Positions 60,655 through 64,000 of a stretch of 64,000 nt of DNA are shown one piece after another; position 1 is the first letter of the stretch, and each line of letters begins with the position of its first letter. Origin of the DNA: Stegostoma tigrinum (taxonomy: Eukaryota); assembly GCF_030684315.1 (NCBI RefSeq), contig NC_081396.1, forward strand, positions 5,828,001 to 5,892,000, in the 5' to 3' direction. Below the pieces are notes generated by a model. That model saw nothing but the letters and a program-made list of their open reading frames with translations. It searched no databases and was not told the DNA's origin. The translations under genes were made by a program, and so were the position numbers.

Positions 60655-61194
60655 TTATTTGTTCGTGTGGGTCCGCTGGTGTTTTTGCAGGTTGACCGAC
60701 CGAGTGAATGCCTTCCCGCACTCGGAGCAGGAGTACGGCCTCTCCCCGGTGTGAGCTCGCCGGTGGTTCTTCAGGTTGGATGAGCAAGTGAACGCCTTGC
60801 CACAGTCAGAGCAGGTGAACGGCCTCTCCCCTGTGTGAACCCGCCGGTGTTCCTGCAGGTTGTACGACCGAGTGAACCGCTTCCCGCAGTCGGAACAGGT
60901 GAACGGCCTCTCCCCTGTGTGAAGCCGCTGGTGGATCACCAGGGTGGATGACCCAGCGAAAGCCTTCCCGCACGTCGAGCAGGAGAACGGCTTCTCCCCG
61001 GTGTGGCAGCGCCGGTGAGCTTCCAGGTCCGACGGGTAACCGAACGCTTTCCCGCAGTCATCGCACTTCCACGGCTTCCCCTGTGTGTGACTGTGCTCAT
61101 GTTTCCACAGTCCAGACCATCGGCTGTAGGCCTGCCCGCATACAGAGCACAGGTACCGTTTCTCCTCACTGTGAACAGCGCTGTTCAATGCCAT
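60655..61194 (-). CDS. C2H2 zinc-finger protein, 6 fingers
   Basis: 179-aa ORF with TGEKP/TGERP linkers. Acceptor tttcacag, exon starting at 61286. Decayed fingers follow the stop. Confidence 0.87.
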   Translation of the reverse strand: MALNSAVHSEEKRYLCSVCGQAYSRWSGLWKHEHSHTQGKPWKCDDCGKAFGYPSDLEAHRRCHTGEKPFSCSTCGKAFAGSSTLVIHQRLHTGERPFTCSDCGKRFTRSYNLQEHRRVHTGERPFTCSDCGKAFTCSSNLKNHRRAHTGERPYSCSECGKAFTRSVNLQKHQRTHTNK

Positions 61195-61740
61195 GTTTGA
61201 ATCTGATCATGTCCAGGAGCCGAGAAACCGGGTGACTCGGTCAGATCCTGATGTTGACGTTTGAGTTTCCTGACTCTACTAATACTCTGTGAAACTGATT
61301 TAAAAACAGAAAAATAAAAAGGCAGGGAGGTGAGAGAGAAGCCACATAAACAGAGGTTCTGTCTGAAATGGAGCTGAATGGATCTGGCCATTTTGGAGCA
61401 GCACAGGGAAACAGTAAAAGAAAGAGAGAGGGGGACCAGCAGAGCATGTGTACATGAACATCACCACAGAGCTCCCCTCTGAGTTGCACAGTGCCCTGAT
61501 CTTTCTGCCAGTTGGTCCTCAACAAACACAAACATCTTCTGGTTAAATAGTGGAAAAACTGACGCCATTGTCTCGCTTCCAATGCACATTTTTAACAAGT
61601 CAATTCCCATCGCTGGCCTCGGTGATCTCCACTGACCCTGCTCGAGCAACTGTCTAAGAACTCCATGCTGTTCTTCAGCACACGTACACCTCTGCCCCTC
61701 TCCCCAAGCACTGAGAGATGTTCAAAATCCAAAACAAAAG

Positions 61741-61880
61741 CAGTTCTGAGGAAGGGTCACTCATTCCGAAATGTTACTCTGATTTCTCTCCGCAGATGCT
61801 GCCAGACCTGTTGAGATTATCCAGCAACTTCTGTTTTTGTTTCTGATTTACAGCATCTGCAGTTCTCTTGGCTTTCATTT
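61741..61880 (+). mobile_element. Penelope-like terminus (family B) with a degenerate hammerhead
   Basis: agtt-CTGAGGA-agggtcactcattcc-GAAA-TGTT-act..cagatgctgccagacctg..cagcatctgcagttctc. Confidence 0.7.
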
Positions 61881-62244
61881 AGTACGAGATTCAAAAGGCC
61901 CCATCCTCCACTTGAACAGAAAGCCCCCCGAACACAGAGCCCCAGTATAGTAGCAGGCACTCCGTCTACACACACCAAAGCCTCTCAGGCTGGTCAGATT
62001 TCCCAAACCCACAAGCCCAGGTTTGCTGGACCCTCATACTCAAATACCTGATGTGCATGGGGCCCGAGCTCTGCACTCTCCGGATCGCGACAACAGCAGG
62101 TAGAGACCGATAGGGAGGAGGATTAGCCAAAGGAAACTGAATGGTCACTTGAGCAAAATTTTAAAAACCGGATTGCTCGACACAGAGCCAGCACAGACTT
62201 GCTGAGCTGAAGGACCTCTCTCTGTGTGGCTCTGACCATGCGAC

Positions 62245-63150
62245 CATAAAAAACAGGAACAATGAATACACTTGCTCAAGCCTGCTCTGCCAGTCAATAG
62301 GATCAGAGCTGATCTGAAAATCCTCACCTCCACCTTCCTGCATTTTCTCCACAATCCTTGACTCTGACTGATCAAGAGTATATCTCAGCCTCAAATATAT
62401 GCAAGGATTCTGCTCCCATAGCTCTCTGCAGCCACAAGTTACAAAGACAGGCAACCCTCAGAACACATTCCTCATCTTCATCTGAAACTGACACCCCTTT
62501 ATTCTGAGAGTAGGCTGTTTTGTCCTGGATTCTCTCATGAGGGAAACATCCTCTCAGCATTTATCCTGCCAAGCCCCTTAAGAATCCTAAATGTTTCAGT
62601 GAGATCACCTCTCATTCGTCTAAACTCCAGTGAGTAGGGTCCACACCTGTTTAGCCTTTGCTCATAAGACAACACCCTCCCTACCAGGGATCATAGTTGT
62701 GACCTTCTTTGAAATGCTTCCAATAAAATGATATCTTTCCTTAAATTTGGGAACTAAAACTGCCCGCAGAGACGATCTCATCAGCACCTTGTCCAGTTGT
62801 AGTAAGACTTCCCAACTGTTACACATCAACCCCCCACCCCTGAAATATGGGCCAACATTCCATTAGCCTTTAATATTACCTACTCCAACAGTATGCTAGT
62901 TTTCTGCATTTTATGTTACAGCTTTCAGCAGTTTTTTCTCCATTTACATAACATTCTATTCTCCCTTTCAAAATGAACAACTTCACATTTTCACATATTG
63001 CACTCCATTTGCCAACTTATTGCCCATTTCATTAACCAAGTAACATCTCTCGGTAGACTGTATTTCTCTCTCTCTCTCTCTCAAACTGCCTTGCCTCCTA
63101 ATTCTGCTGTCTGCAAATCTGGTTACAGTACATTTGATTCCTTCCTCCAA
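62245..63150 (-). mobile_element. CR1 fragment
   Basis: Reverse ctactcactggagtttagacgaatgagaggtgatctc (YSLEFRRMRGDL). Confidence 0.7.
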
Positions 63151-63632
63151 CTATATAATACATTATGCCCACCCATTATTTCACAACTGTGAATCTATTC
63201 GCTTTCTATGACTATATTACTCGTTGTTTGTACCTCTCCATGTAGCTTAACCCTTGGAGCACAGATATCATTTGGGTAAGCCTGTGCTATATTCTTTCTA
63301 AGCTCCTCACCCAGGTGCGGTCCCAGACTGAAACACTTCTTAGCTATGGTCTACTCAAGGTACACAGACCCAGCAGCTTCCAATCTGGAATGATATCCAG
63401 AATTGTCGGATTTGATTCTGCTTCCACGCTGCCGTTTCTTAGAAGGGTCTCTTTTATCCTGGTCCATTATTTGATTAATGTCTCTCAACTTTTAATCATT
63501 GTTCACCTAACTGAGTCATATCATGTTCTGTGTGCTTCACTGTTTTAATCTGTCGATTTTCGAGGCCACTAAATCTCAGTCTTTGACTTTGCTGATATCC
63601 CTTCACTGAGATCCAAACACCTTCCAGGTTTG

Positions 63633-63737
63633 AGAGAGATAATGGGAACTGCAGATGCTGGAGAATTCCATCAGAGATAATGGGAACTGCAGAGATGCTG
63701 CTTGGCCTGCTGTGTTCATCCAGCCTCACATTTTATT
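63633..63737. mobile_element. Short rearranged Penelope-terminus insertion
   Basis: Perfect TSD ACCTTCCAGGTTTG at 63619-63632 and 63738-63751. Duplicated tail gagataatgggaactgcaga plus an inverted arm. Confidence 0.8.
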
Positions 63738-64000
63738 ACCTTCCAGGTTTGTTTTTGTTTTCAGCTGCTGTAATTATTTTAAAAATAGCTATCAACTGCC
63801 CGGATTTCTTTGTCTTGCCATTTTATTTCTTCAAACTGTGTCCAATCTCTTACATTTTCTCACTCTGCTGTTATAAGCCCCAGTCCTCCTTTTAATACAC
63901 CTAAGATTAACCCCTGTGTAGCATTCTGTATTATTGTGCTGTTTGAAAAGTTCAATATTAATCCGAGTGTTTGTTACTAACCTGTAATAGCTGAATTGGG

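Noticed and set aside
8182-61194. Assigning human ZNF gene symbols
   Set aside because: Lineage-specific tandem finger arrays have no demonstrable one-to-one orthology from sequence inspection.

Overview
Eukaryotic (vertebrate) genomic DNA, most likely from a cartilaginous fish (shark); this is inferred from HE1/V-SINE-like and SacSINE-like SINEs, CR1/HER1-like LINEs and the zinc-finger style. The window is a tandem cluster of C2H2 zinc-finger genes with no recognisable KRAB, SCAN or BTB domain. Five have intact ORFs (8182+, 25608-, 37537-, 46796-, 60655-), one has a frameshifted first finger (19790-), one is a pseudogene (44.7-45.8 kb), and there are further remnants. Each appears to have one coding exon behind a shared splice-acceptor leader, and small CpG-rich YY1/NRF1 promoters lie nearby. 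The spacers are densely filled with CR1, L2, RTE and Rex1 LINE fragments, two tRNA-derived SINE families, a solo LTR, and many Penelope-like (GIY-YIG) retroelement pieces. The most striking non-coding signal is a set of minimal type I hammerhead ribozyme motifs (CUGANGA...GAAA) in three sequence families with covarying stems. They sit in Penelope-like termini that form tandem and head-to-head hairpin insertions with 10-17 bp target-site duplications, several directly beside ZNF promoters. Repeat boundaries were read by eye and are approximate unless a TSD is quoted. No database search was run.
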